Positions 1 to 13,000 of a stretch of 64,000 nucleotides of DNA are shown piece by piece. The DNA is from Marsupella aquatica (taxonomy: Eukaryota > Plantae > Marchantiophyta). A program made the translations under genes and the position numbers. A model generated the notes under the pieces. It did no database searches and had not been told where the DNA came from. It saw nothing but the letters and a program-made list of their open reading frames with translations. The stretch spans positions 21,699,150 to 21,763,149 of the forward strand of contig OZ316896.1 of NCBI GenBank assembly GCA_973895155.1, given 5' to 3'. How positions within the stretch are numbered: the stretch's first letter is position 1; each line of letters opens with the position of its first letter.

Positions 1-647
1 GCTACGTCATATTTTAGATCTACCCTGTGCGGAGGTTGGTGGCTTTTAGATCTGTTTTCGTCGTACAGGGAAGAATTCTTATTGGTGTAGATGGGTGGTA
101 TGCTGTTGCCTGATGGGCTGTGTTCATTCTGGATGTCCCATGCCCAAAAGGGAATAGCAAATGTATCGTCTCCTATGAGCCTTGCGAGAATGCGCTCGTA
201 GAAGTAGAGGAACCAGCGGTGGAATGGAAAAAATAGCCAACCAAAGTGTACTGTCATCTGTAAGGTAGTATTCCGTTGATTGTACGCTCCTGAACAATAG
301 GCACAATGGATCTTTGACTGCGCTTCAAAGGAGCGAGGGTCTTCTGGCGGGAGTGCTTTCATGAGCTCCACTGCTCTCTCGTATTTACGGACGGATTCAT
401 CGTCTAGCGTATGAGCGGGTTTGCGAACTCGCACAGGCAGGTCCAAGTTGAATTTGAAGTCCTTGATGGGCCTGCTTGTGTCAACGAAGCAGCAGTCGAC
501 TGGCTCAGCAAGAGGTCTGCCAAAGGGCAACACTGGCATACAAGTGTTCAAGTCCGGGCCCAGAATGGGAAGTCCCTCGACAAATACCAAAGTTGTCGAG
601 AAAAGGATCACCGCAAAGCAGACGGAAGGGCACACTCGCTTCGACAT
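1..647 (-). CDS. PPO: Polyphenol oxidase (tyrosinase/catechol oxidase family) with N-terminal signal peptide; 5' part only, runs off the window edge
   Basis: Manual minus-strand translation from ATG 647 is open to base 1: MSKRVCPSVCFAVILFSTTLVFVEG-LPILGPDLNTC...DCC...RKPAH...ELMKALPPEDPRSF...IHCAYCSGAY...VHFGWLFFPFHRWFLYFYERILARLIGDDTFAIPFWAWD, the plant PPO CuA signature. It is missing from the ORF track because there is no stop inside the window. Confidence 0.95.
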   Translation of the reverse strand, partial: MSKRVCPSVCFAVILFSTTLVFVEGLPILGPDLNTCMPVLPFGRPLAEPVDCCFVDTSRPIKDFKFNLDLPVRVRKPAHTLDDESVRKYERAVELMKALPPEDPRSFEAQSKIHCAYCSGAYNQRNTTLQMTVHFGWLFFPFHRWFLYFYERILARLIGDDTFAIPFWAWDIQNEHSPSGNSIPPIYTNKNSSLYDENRSKSHQPPHRVDLKYDV

Positions 648-3600
648 AGTTCCTTCTCCTGTTCGTCGAACAGGGTGCTAGCTTGCTCGATGGCGAGCTT
701 TTGCTTGCTGTCGATTCTCTCCCTAACCCCAGATCGAGGACCTGCATCAGACAGGAACTTCAGATGTGAATGCAACCCATTGATGGTGACTTCAATTCTC
801 TCGAACTTTAGTTCTAAAGATTCTCGATTTCAAAACAAAACACAACAGAATGTGATATTTTAGGATTCTGTGATCGATCTACCGAACCCGGCCCTCCTTT
901 CGCACGGGAATGCGGAAAAAGGCTGACGCACTGGCCGGCATCGATCGGTTGCCGCAGCTTCTAAAAACCAGGGACAGCCTTTAAGGGAAGAATTCCTTTC
1001 CGATTAATTTCCCTTCTAGCTAAAAGAAATCAGAAACAACATGGACTGGCTGCAAGGACCGGGACTGGATTCTGTGCGATTCTGTCTTGTGTATCGTTAC
1101 CCTTCTGCGGTGCATGTAATGTAGCTACCAACAAAATAAAACACAGACTTATTACAATATTCTCACTACAATGAATGACGGCATACTAAATTTGCAAGGA
1201 AAGGTACTCTCCGTCCTAACTGCTACTCAGAAGTGATCGGGCGACTATCAAGCCCGTGACGTAGATCTAGGCTACGGCGAAAAGAGATGTGGCCCGAAGA
1301 TGTCGAGAGGCCTCGGAAATCCTGCGGGACAGTTGTGATCTTCTGTGGAGAGAAATATCTACTTAGTCAGACTACTGAGATAGGTAGCGCAGCAACGTAC
1401 TAATACCGTTGTTCTTCCGTAACCGCGACAACTTCTGTCAGAGATCTTTGACTAACTAGTTGAGGTTCCATACGTGCAATGTCGCTGACGTAATAAATAT
1501 CTGAACGAGAAATATGCTCTGAAGTACAATTGTACAACTTCCAAGTTGAACTTCCAACCCTCTCAATCATAAATTTGTTCAAGCTAGAACATAAACCTGG
1601 GTCGAGAACATAACTGGGTATCCTCGCGCTCTGAACTTCGTCTAGTTGTGAAGTGAAATTATAAGGCACCAATGCCACTAAAGCTTGTCTCTGCGTCTGA
1701 AGTTAATGATACCTCTTACTAAATTTCTCACGTTTTTGCCGTATATCTCTCAGTGAAACTAAAAAAGTTGACTAGCAGAGTATCTGAAAACGTTTGAAGT
1801 TAATGACAAACTCCGCGGACGGCTAGGTAAGGCATGTATACCGATACTTCCTTTACAGCAAAGTCGCCCTCACCGGCTGTCAACAGTCCACGGCATTGGG
1901 CTGGCTCCAGGCGAACAATTACTTCAGCATTTTGAGACGCAAGTCATGAACTTCTCAAACAACGACAAATTCAGAACCAATCTAAACCTATTCTCCTTCT
2001 TCGCAAGTTGGTAATCCACAGAAATGTTAAAGGGAAAGGGATCCCATCATGCTCGGAGAGGTACCTGCGTCGACTCGGTTCGAAGACTATATGGCGATAG
2101 AGAAGAACGACCAGCGTCTGCAATGTTTTAAAATTGACACAGAAATGATTTCCAGCTCACAATTCCAAGCGGTATCGTTCTCAAGATGTTGTGGAAATGA
2201 AAGCATGCATGCTTCTACTGCCTATATATACGCATTCACGTAGGTGAAGAAAAAGCCTTTTTATACATGCAATTGTTAAGTCCAGATGGTCATCTCTACA
2301 CAACACAACATGCGGGTGACCTGCACTTGCCTGGTAAAACCCTCACACCAAAACCTCCATCAAGGAAATCCAGGAGGGATCATTGCTGTCAATTCAAGCT
2401 AACAGATTGAAGTAACTGGTGGATCGAGGGACGAAAGTGATTGTGAAGGGCTGAAACGGATTGGAGCTCAAGAGTGCAAAACGAAGCCAGAAATGAAAAC
2501 TGGTTCTCTCCTTTCAGCAATCTCCTGAGCTATGCAGCGGTACAGCACGAATGATCTGTTTGTACCGGGGCTCCATCTCTCGGACTCACTGGGAAACGAG
2601 ATGTTCGTAGGTACGAGGAATGCATATTTGTCATCTCGTGTCTCGTCTTATAGCAGCTTCCGGACAAACTGCTTTCTCTGTTACGCTAATATTTATGGCA
2701 AATAGTATAACGCTTTAGCAAGATTGGTTTTCCTCACCTCTAATCTATGTTTGCATTAAAAAAGAGCACAGCCATATTTCATTGATGTGATCGTTCTAGA
2801 AAACTAGCCTCATTACCAGTTCCTTGAGAGAGATGCTCTCCTCCCAAAGAAAAACTACCATTTTTTAAAGTGTCAAACAAAGTCCAATGGAGTTAAGGGA
2901 AACGAGTTCCAAAGAGGACAAAACCATGAATTTATGCAAACCCCCAAAACCTCTAAACAAAATTGTTGCACAAAATATCAAGGTGAGGCCAAAAAAAATT
3001 GCAAGTGAAATAAAGAAGGATTGTTACTCCGACTATGTAACTGTGTACTAGTAAAGGTTGTGAATGAGAAATCTCATCGTTTTCAGTTTGCACCATGTGG
3101 TGCAAAAATGTGCTCTTCTGAGGGCAAGATAGCTGCCGCGGGTTGGGAGTCCATCCATGGTCACACAACAGGGGAGAGGTTTTTTAATTTTTGTTTGCTT
3201 TTCATTGTATTTTTGTTTATCACGGGCAGGTGTAAGGCTAGGCAGCTCAAGCAGCTAAGTGAGGCAAGAGAGGTCTATGGGCGAATCTGATGGTGTGGAA
3301 AAACTCAGTTTTGTTGTGAGATTACCCGTTCAACAAACATTTTCTTTGGCATTTTTTCCTTCTTATCAAAAAACAATCCCCCTTTTCATGGGATTACTTA
3401 TTTTACTATTTGATCCCTCGGGATTGAACGGATCCCTAGAATTGCCTGTGTCACTGTTGCTTGAGCCTATGATTGTGTTGAGCCCAATGTGATCCATAAA
3501 ATTGGGGTAGTCGCAGCTGCAGTTGGATGCATAGAAAGACTAGCACTCTGATCTAAAATTAGAATCAACAGTTTATTCAACCCGTAGGCACTTATCACAA

Positions 3601-3680
3601 ATGAAAATATATAGTATGCTCTTGTGTTTTGATTTGTGATTAGAACCAGGCCATGTTGCTTTTTGATGTCAGTGCACATA

Positions 3681-3864
3681 CTAACTTGCTGTTGTTTCCT
3701 GATGACAATTATAGCCAGGCAGGAGATTAGGGTTAACGCTTCAAAACTGTGTGGCTAGCTGGCATCCAACTCTAACTTGCTGCTGTTTCCTGATGACAAT
3801 TACAGCCAGGCAGGAGATTGGGGTAAACGCTTCGAAACTGTGTGGCTAGCTAGCATCCAACTCT
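3681..3864. repeat. Tandem duplication, 2 x 91 bp
   Basis: CTAACTTGCTG(T/C)TGTTTCCTGATGACAATTA...GCATCCAACTCT starts at 3681 and again at 3772. Confidence 0.85.
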
Positions 3865-5255
3865 CCTGCAAGCCAAATAGTGCAGCTGACTAGCATTCAA
3901 CTCTTATGCAACTTGGTATATCTATTTATTAAGTAATAAATAAACTCGTCCAAGTTCCATTACAAACCCACATACATGTACACCCAGTTTTCCAACCGTT
4001 CTGTTATGTCTCCCTTTAACCATATGCCCCACATGTAGGTCTACCGTTCTTGTAAACGCATTTACCTAACCTAGGTGCACCTGTATTTAGCACCCAAGGG
4101 GCATGTTGCATGAAAGAAACAAGGTGTGCATGATTAGCCAGATCCACGTGCAAAACTATTTCACTGTTTATTCTCGTGTACACGTTTAAGGGTCATTCAA
4201 GGGGAGACTGGATTGCTTACTGTACCTGACTTGCTCGAAGAATCATTGTTGTGGAGAGATGACTTGGAGCTCAGAGGTCGGACTGACTCAATTATTTTGA
4301 AGCATACAGTCGCATGGTATTATTATTGTACACATTCTAGTAAAACACAACAGTCACCCTTTCTCCTCCTTGGGTATCGTCCACCCTTGTGGGCTACCTC
4401 ATAGTGATGCATATTCCATAGTAGAACGTCCATTATATGTTAAAATGAGTTTACTTTCAGCTCTCAAGGTAAAAACGAAAACCAGCACCCTGAACTCCTC
4501 TACTTGCATGATGGCTCCTGCGTTACACTTTCCAGTCTTCGAGGTACTTGATAGTTCTTTAAAAACTGGATAGTGAGCAGACTGTTGAGTGGCTTTTGTG
4601 AGTGAGTTTGCTGAGATGCCTTTTGACCTATATGGACAATCCACGTGATTGGAGGTATATGTTTGGAAATAATGAATCAAATAAGAAACTTAAGGGGGTT
4701 CATTATACCAAGAATTATTCTGCCTCTAAAAATTGAAAGGTTGCAGTGTAATTCAATAAAACAACAAAAATATAATCTCAAATAAATAAAAACTTAAACA
4801 TACACCAAAACAAAATCCTGTGCTGGTCAAGTTTTATTTTCAGGGTGGGCCACACCATCTCAAAGCACGGCAAGAAACCTTTGCAAGGAGTATAGCACAG
4901 GTTCTGGTATTAAAAGCACTCTCAGTAGGAATTTGTGCCGTTTTGTACCTTAGAAGAACGATGTAAAGTACATTCAGAGGGACCAGAGTTGCACGGTGTG
5001 TTCCCAACATAAACCCCCTTCAGATCATTTCTAGGCTTAAAAGTTGGAAACCAAGAAGTCAAGATTTGAACCCATAGACCTCATTTTCTCAGGTCAATTT
5101 TACTTCCAGGTAAACTACAAGGCTCAACCGTAAACTTTCTTCGAGGTTAAGATACACTTATTTTATTCTGGGTTTCAGACTTGCCCATGCCATACGTGAA
5201 TTTTCTCCCTCTGTACCCTGGACTCCACTATTGCTGGCCCATGCTGGTACTCATG

Positions 5256-5870
5256 CCCGGTTTGACCTTGCCCGTCAAACTGGCCAAAAATCGTCGGCAA
5301 ATCGGCAACCCGGCACCCGGGTTCGGGAGCAGTCCGGGCCGGGACAAGTTCGGGAGACATTCGGGCCGGGTTCGGGCGAGGTTTGGGGGAGGTCGGGGGA
5401 GTTCGGGGGAGTTCAGGCGAGGGGGAGTTCGGGTTCGGGGGAGTCTGGGCCGGGTTTGGGGGAGTTTGGGCAAGGTTCGGGGGACCGGGAGTTCAGGGTA
5501 GGTCGGGGGAGTTCGGGGGAGGGTCGGGGGTGTTTCGGGGGAGTTTCGGGGGAGTTCGGGGGAGGGTCGGGGGAGTTCGGGGGAGTTCGGGAAGGGTCCG
5601 GGTTCGGGTCCGGGGGAGTCCGGGACTCTAAACCCCGCCCTCCTTCCCCCAGCCCCGACCCCAGACCCGGCCCCGGCTGGCTGCCACCCCGAACCGGGGT
5701 CCGGGGGAGTCCGGGTTCGGGTCTGGGGGAGTCTGGGAAGGGTCCGGGGGAGTCCGGGTGAGTTCGGGAGAATATTGTGGAATATCCGTCAAATTGGTCA
5801 TTTTCGAGCCGTCATTTGACAGTTTGACGTGCCCGGCAAGCCGTCAACTTGCCCGTCAGGTTAAACCGGG
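5256..5870. mobile_element. Non-autonomous hAT-type MITE with G-rich internal repeats
   Basis: TIRs CCCGGTTTGACCT (5256) / AGGTTAAACCGGG (ends 5870). Perfect 8-bp TSD TACTCATG at 5248-5255 and 5871-5878. The interior is an array of GGGGGAGTTC-like units. Confidence 0.88.
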
Positions 5871-6504
5871 TACTCATGTAATCAAGGTTTTAAATGAGAA
5901 AGGCTACTTCAACAATTGCCTTGCATCACTCCACTTGTCAATGTAGTCGCATAGCATACTGTGTACTGTGCCATGTGAGCACGTGCCCATACGTTGAACT
6001 AATTTTCATGTGCCCTACAAACCTGATTGTTTTGTTTAATTATCTGGCCACGCCTCTATGTGCAATTACCATGAAGCAGTCGCCCCTACTGTTAAAAGGA
6101 TTACATAGCGTTCCTACACGCAACTCCCTGCAAAAGTGTCATCCCCAACACTTTCGGCAGCATGAATGCTAACACATTAAAATAATATAGTACAAATAGT
6201 AACAAATAAATCAAAAATTTCCAAACCTAAAACATATGGCTTGTTACCTTTTACCATCAAGTTGAACACAGATTTCAATTGGCAACTGGCGTGCAAAACA
6301 TGAGTCCTTTCCCATCAATGGGGGCCTTACAAGATAGGCATTCTGCACCAAAAACTGTTTTCCTTGTCTCTCTATCCAAAGCAAAGAGGAAGGCCACTTG
6401 CATACACTAAAGTCAAATTAACCCAGTGAAAATGTGTCAGGTTTGGAACTATTACATGCAAAGACTATGAATAGGAACTATCTGTTGGTCCGTTCTTTCA
6501 GAAT

Positions 6505-6725
6505 TCAGACCATCTCATACCCCCAGTAGGGTTTGTTGGTTGGTGTTTGCTTCTTGGTTTTTGTGGGATACTCCTTGACTTGTTGAGCCTCTTTGGTCTT
6601 CTGGGGGTCTTTCTCTCCCCCCTTCCCCCCCTTTAATGGTTTCTTTTGCCTTAGAGACCTCGGGAGAGACCTGTCCATGTCTTCTGGTTTGTTGTTCTTG
6701 TCTTCTTGGCAGTGTGATATATATC
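6505..6725 (+). mobile_element. Short retroposon-like 3'-end fragment ending in (TA)n
   Basis: Shares blocks (ACTCCTTG, CTCTTTGGTCTTCT, GACCTGTC, TGTGATATATAT) with 16236-16490. It lies between two copies of a ~100-bp host segment (6395-6490 and 6751-6850). Confidence 0.45.
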
Positions 6726-8854
6726 TCAAGAGTAGAGATATGCTGAAATGCACTTGCATACACTAAAGTTAAACTAAGTAACCCAGTCAAAATGTGTCAG
6801 GTTTGGTAATAATAAATGCAAAGACCATGAATAGAAACTATATCTTGGTCCATATCTAAAATCTTATGGGGCCTCATAGGGACTATCAAGTAACACTTCT
6901 CAATTTAGGGGTAGGTCTAGTATCGCTCTCTGAAGAAGAGGTCTAAGTTTTTGACAAAAAGGCATGTGAAAATAAGTAAATAGGGGAGTCACAAGGGTCC
7001 CACTAGCAGATAACAAGGATTGGTAATGGTTTTGCCTTGTTGTGCCCCCAAAGTTCATTTAAAGTGAAATCCTGTTCCCACATTTGAATGGCTAGGATTG
7101 CATCTCACACATAGAGAAAAAAATGAACTGTTGTTGCAGAGTTGTGAATATTATCTATTGTGCCTGGATCCACATAATTAGAAAGTTTGTTCTTGAAAAG
7201 TCATCCCAACAAGTGTAGCCGGGCCGGCTATAAGTGTGTTTTGTGTGTTCGAGCCTTCCAAGCTGAGCAGCTTTAATTTGCATAAACCCTCATCTCACAC
7301 ACACTTGACTTGATACTTAATTAAATTAGAAGTCCATGTAACCAAACCCTTTGCTCATTAACAAAGGACTTTACATTTAGTAAAAAAATTGGAGACCACT
7401 CTCTTACCACCTAAATGGAGGACAATCAAATGGACAAATAGACCCCCAAGGAGTTGTGATAGAAAATGAGTTTTTCACTAGCCTTCCACCTGAATAGTTG
7501 GGTCCATGGACCCATTTGCTTGCTAGATGTATTCTCAGCCATTCAAATATGGGCAAGGCACAATCCAACAAAAATATTGCCTATCCTTGTCACTTGACTT
7601 GACACCATGCCTTCTGCCAAAGGTTTGACTACCTCTAGAGTTGGTCTAAAAAAGAACTGCTCCATTCCAATTTTAATTATTTTGCATTTAGTTTCCCACA
7701 ATTTTCATGTTTTGGCAGTTATTTTTGCTTTGGGGGAAATATGTCTGGAGAGCTGTTTCCAGACCTCTAGCAATTCTACATTGTTCACCCTAATTAGTGT
7801 TATGCAAAAATTGGCACTAGTACACAATTAGTATTACTAACACTAATTTTGGTAGAAGTGATTTTGAGTCCAAGGTAGCACTGATTTTTGTTGGTTTTTT
7901 TCACTCTTGTTAAATTGCTGATGAAAATAGATGATTTTGAGTCCAAAGTAACACTAACAGAAAGTAAAGCCTGGATGGAAAGAGGGGTTTGCTCTGATGC
8001 CCCCAATCATCCTAAACTATAATACAAGATTGCGCCTTTTTATGAAGTGGTCGTCATTCAAATTTGTCCAAAAAACATTAATCATGTCAAAGAAGGAATA
8101 AAGGTTATATTAAATTTAGTGTGCACCAAAAAAAAAAATACATTCCAAACAAGCCGGGAATCAAATGGGAGACACAAAAGTAGGTAGCCAATGCTAGAAC
8201 CAATGAGGCACACAAAACAAGAGAGTGAATGTACATGCATGGTATCAAGGAGGTATATACATGAAATACAAAAGTACATAATATATATGATATTATATAT
8301 TATTGCAAGTATTACAATATTGTAAAATATAATAATGATAGTAATTTAATTAAATAAGTTAATTTAAAATAGGTTAAATTACAAAGAATATAAAAAGCTA
8401 TAATAAAATGTTATTTTTTTCATTATAGTAGTCATTCAAATTTACAATATCTCAAAAATGAAAAACATGAAAGAATGATTTCTTTTGTGAATGAAAATGG
8501 AGAGAAATGTTTCCAAGCAAAAAATGAATTTAATAGTATAAAGAAACTAAGGATGGTCTCTAGCAATGCAAGAGTATCAAGGAGACCTCCCTTTACCATG
8601 TACCACTATAATCCTGATTAGGTCCCTTTACAAACTAAAAAAAGTGACAATCAATCTAGAATGTTCATCAAAATATAATTTTTTTCACACTTTAAGATCT
8701 ATCCATACACCCCTTCTAAAAATAAGTTCCTGCCCAACCTACCCTTTAACCTTCCCATACCTACCACAATTGAAAAAATTAATCAAATTTTAATTAAATT
8801 TATTAATATATAAATAATTCTAAAATTTTTGAAATAATTTCAAATATAAATAAA

Positions 8855-10015
8855 GTATTTTCTCATCTTGACATCTTTTCTTCATATTAAGATCTTCTCA
8901 CCTCAAGATCGTTGCTCACCTTGAGATCTTGCTCATCCTTTCTTCATATTAAGATCTTTGACATATTTTTCTCACCTTGAGATCTTTTCTCACCTCAACA
9001 TATATATTATATTTGTCTCATTTTGCCATATTTTTTTCACCTGGTCATCTTTATCTCACCACAACATCTTTCTTCACCCTCACCATTTTTTCCTCATATT
9101 GACATCTTTTTCTCATCTCACCATCTTTTCTCTCCTTGACTTATTTTTCTCACCTCCGAATGTTTTTCTCTAATATGACATCTTTTTCTCACCTTGCTAT
9201 ATTTTCTTTCCTTGACATATTTTTCTCAGCTCAAAATGTTTTTCTCTTATCAACATCTTTTCTCACCTTGATATATTTTCTCACCTCAACATGCATCATT
9301 TGTGCAATGCACAGGTATCAGGCCCGATATGTATTTAACAACATCTTTTAGTAATGACATACTTCATCTATTGACCATTTTATACTTAACAACATTGTAA
9401 TACTTTAACGACATCTTTGGCATAACGACATCGTTGGCAACATGACATCTACTTACTTGATGACCTTTTGGGCAACATGCCATCTTTGGCAAAATGACTT
9501 CTTTTTCTTAACAACATCTTTTTATTTCATGACATTTTTCACATAATAACATCATTCTTGGGAAACACAACATATAATTCTCTTAAGAGCATTTTGGGCA
9601 CCACAACACTTTACTCTTAGCAACATCTTGGGGGACATTACATCTTGGGCATCACAACATCTGTTTTCTTAACAATATCTTGGGCGCCATGATACCCTTA
9701 TTTTAATGATATTTTGGGCGACATAACATTTTTTTTCTTAACGACATCTTTTGTGCAATGCATGATTGGGTAATTTCCCTCAACGATGTCTTGGCCGACA
9801 TGACATATTTTCTCTCAATGATGTCTTTGCTGACACGACATCTTGGCCGACATGACAACTTTTTTTTCAACGAACTCTTGGCCAACATGACATTTTTTCT
9901 CTCAACCACCTCTTGGCCGACACGACATTTTTTTCTCTCCACGACCTCTTGGCTGACACGTTTTGTTTTTTTTTCTCAACGACATCTTGGCCGACACGAT
10001 TTTTTGTGTGCAACG
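8855..10015. repeat. Degenerate minisatellite array: ~20-bp units grading into ~33-bp units
   Basis: TTTTCTCACCTTGACATC-like units at about 8855-9295, then TCTTGGCCGACACGACATTTTTTTCTCAACGAC-like units up to about 10010. Confidence 0.75.
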
Positions 10016-13000
10016 CACGGGTATTGAGCTCGTGGATCTAGAAAGTTGGGATGGCCTGACTCAGAACAGCAATACCTGCTCGGATAGCACACTACAGTTT
10101 TGACTCATATGTGGCCTGTAAACAGGCTCTTGACCGTTTGCAGCTGGTTTCCATTAATATGGGCGGTGGTCCCGGTGATGGTAAGTTGCAGCTCATGCAA
10201 ACTATCTGGGCATCCTTCAAAGAAGTGAAGCGTCCTTTCCCAAAGTGGTAAGTTGGTGCTTGTGTCCAACTATTGAGGGCGTTCTTCACAATTTAAGTGA
10301 AGCATCCCTTGGCAGTCCGGTTTATAATATTTGATCATCTTTGCACTCATCAGCAATACAGCAAATGGTTTCAAATAAAATTGGCAATGGAGCAAATTAA
10401 ATGGTTTCAAAGAAAAATTGGAACTTTGTAAGGTAATAGATTTGACAACACAGAACATGGAGCAAATGGTTTCAAAGAAAATTGGAACTTTTTCAGGTAA
10501 TAGATTGGACACAGAGAACATGCATGAAACTTAATTTAAATTTTGAGCTCAAACATAGATCTGAAAGTTGGCCTCCCTGTTCGATATTGGCCTCCCTGTT
10601 CCACGGTCGAATTATGCTGCTCATGGTTGTTACATTGCCCTTGCTTGATAAGTCTACGCACTCGATGCTCGCAGCTTGAATAAGTGCAGTGGACCCTGCC
10701 CATGTTCACTTGTCGATGTCTCCAGTGCCATCTCGATTCAGCCGTTTCACTTTCCAAGAAGGTTCACCGGACAGGCTCCAGCGTAGCGTGCATCAAACCA
10801 TTGCCTGTCCGGTGAACCTGGCTGCCTGCCATCACTCTGCTGGCTGCTAAATCGATGTGATTCAGAATATTGATTGCACGTGTTGCCAAGCCAACACTAG
10901 TACTTGATTCTCCGGAGGCTTTCCGTCCCACGGATTGACTTCCGGATTGATGCTTGCAAAGCAATCTTCCCCGCTGGCCGCAATTTCACTTCTGATCAAC
11001 CTGATTCAAGCATCGAAACTGACAAATGAATGCTGGCCCTCACGTACGTTGCAACATGGAAATAGCTTCGTTGTTTCATAAAATATGTGTGGAGTTACTT
11101 TTTCCAAATGAAAGGAGTTATCAATTCTCACGAATTTCTCTCTCGGATTTTGATGAGTGAGGATCCCATCTTAGCTGATGAGTCTGCAATGTAGTGATTG
11201 GTACCTTGGAGACTGTGTCGACAGCTGACCGGGTACTGTAGAGGAAGGTCGTGGACTGATCAATTACTATCTTGACAGAAACTAGAGATCGCCACGAAGT
11301 CGGGACTGGGCCGCGTGGTTGAATTGTTCATGAGGTGTTGCCAGCCTTTGTGTGCCGAGGTTGAAGCTCACCATGGCCTTCGGCGTTCTTTGCACGATTG
11401 TTGTATGAAGATGGAGGTGCTCGTCAAATTAGACTTGGACGTCCGAAATTAAGAGGCTGGCACTATCGTTCCATTAGGTATCGTTGTTCACCTGGTCGGT
11501 CCACTGGGTTGCCCATCGCTTGAGCCTAGTTCTCGTAATTCCGTCGATGGATCTTCAAAATTTTGTGTGCTCTGTCTCAGTCCCGCAGCGAATCTGCCTC
11601 GATCTCAATCATTGGATCTTAGTCATGGGATTGCTCATTAAAATTGACTGGCATCACTTGCTACAGACTCGGCTACAGACAGATTGATTGTCCGGCCTTG
11701 TCGGATTTTTTATCGGAAGTATCTTTGAAGCAACTAGTTTCAACTCAAGGATTGCTAAGTGTACGAAGACATCAATATGAATTCGCAATCCTTGAACAAA
11801 ACCGGAAGGTCTGGCTCTGAGCCAACTTTTACACTCTCCAGGCTACTGTAGCTATGGGCCATAGAGTTCAGTACAGTTTGGTAGAGAAAGTTGATATATC
11901 GTTAGAGCGCCCATATGCGGTGTCTTTTGAAGTTCAACTCCGAGCTCAGGTGCTTGATTAAGGAATCACTGGTATGGGATTGGACCTTCGAAACATTATG
12001 TTCGAAAGAGCCATCTCCGCTCCAGCATGAAGTGATCCGAGGAATTTCATGACAATGCGAGTTTACCGTCTTGGTATGGAACCGTGGTCTGACTCCTGCG
12101 AATTGAAGCCAGTTTTGGCACGCGTTTAGCGTTATTTATAATAGTTTCCGAGTTTGACGCTTGTGGCTACTTCTTACTACTCAATTTTGAGGCACTTCCC
12201 TATCGTCCGAGTGGTTCACTCAAGTTCCCCCACATTCTCTCTTGAAATTTGGAAATCTAAAACTTATGCATCAAAATACCCTGTTTCATTTCTTTTTGTC
12301 TAGTCAACAAAACCAAAGGGCTAAAATCTATTTCAGTCCGATGATCGAAACCCAAAACAGCTCGTCAGAGTTCCTTTGTTGGTCAAGGTCTCACCGTAAA
12401 GGTGACGGAGGTCTCAAGACTTCTCGTCTTGAGGACAGAATAAAATTCTCCACCTTCCTTGAGATTTGAAACTCTGAAAGATAATCGTTCTTGCTTTGAA
12501 GACGTCCAGACCCATTGAAGTCTCTGCGGAGATTCTTGTGCTATATCCAGGGTGATGGAGCAACGTACGCTGCGGAGCTTTTGTGCTATCTCCAGACTGA
12601 TGTAGCCATCAGATAAACGTACCCAAGCGTCGGGTATTGCTTCACACCGATGGCGAGAGCTGCAGATCTGACATGCATGCCTCCTGCCAGTCTCAAGGCT
12701 GTCTGTTACAGGTCTCTTTCAAACAAAACAAACACCGTCGCTGGAAACCGATCCTGATATCTTGTGCAGTCTGTCTAGTTGCATGAGAAGTTGACAACGA
12801 TTCGCTGCCAGGAAGCCATTGATTTCGTGGGCTGGATGTCATGAGATTCCTTCTTGAAAATGACTCGCATCCCTCGCGACTCTCAAAGTAAACCTCGGAA
12901 GCCCACGAGTGAGAAATTCTCGGCGATCTGCAGACTGAATCACAACACAGCAGTCGGACTTCACAGCCCTCAATTTCCGATAGAGTCACCGTGAGGCTCC

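Noticed and set aside
411-863. 150-aa plus-strand ORF
   Set aside because: It is the antisense shadow of the PPO gene.
1380-2250. Possible decayed coding sequence on the minus strand (92-aa ORF)
   Set aside because: No recognisable motif or consistent exon structure.
4200-4680. Possible minus-strand exon fragments
   Set aside because: No family signature and internal stops, so a call cannot be supported without a search.
5175-5946. Gly/Arg/Pro-rich ORFs of 60-176 aa
   Set aside because: They are by-products of the stop-poor G-rich MITE repeats and have no protein-family motifs.
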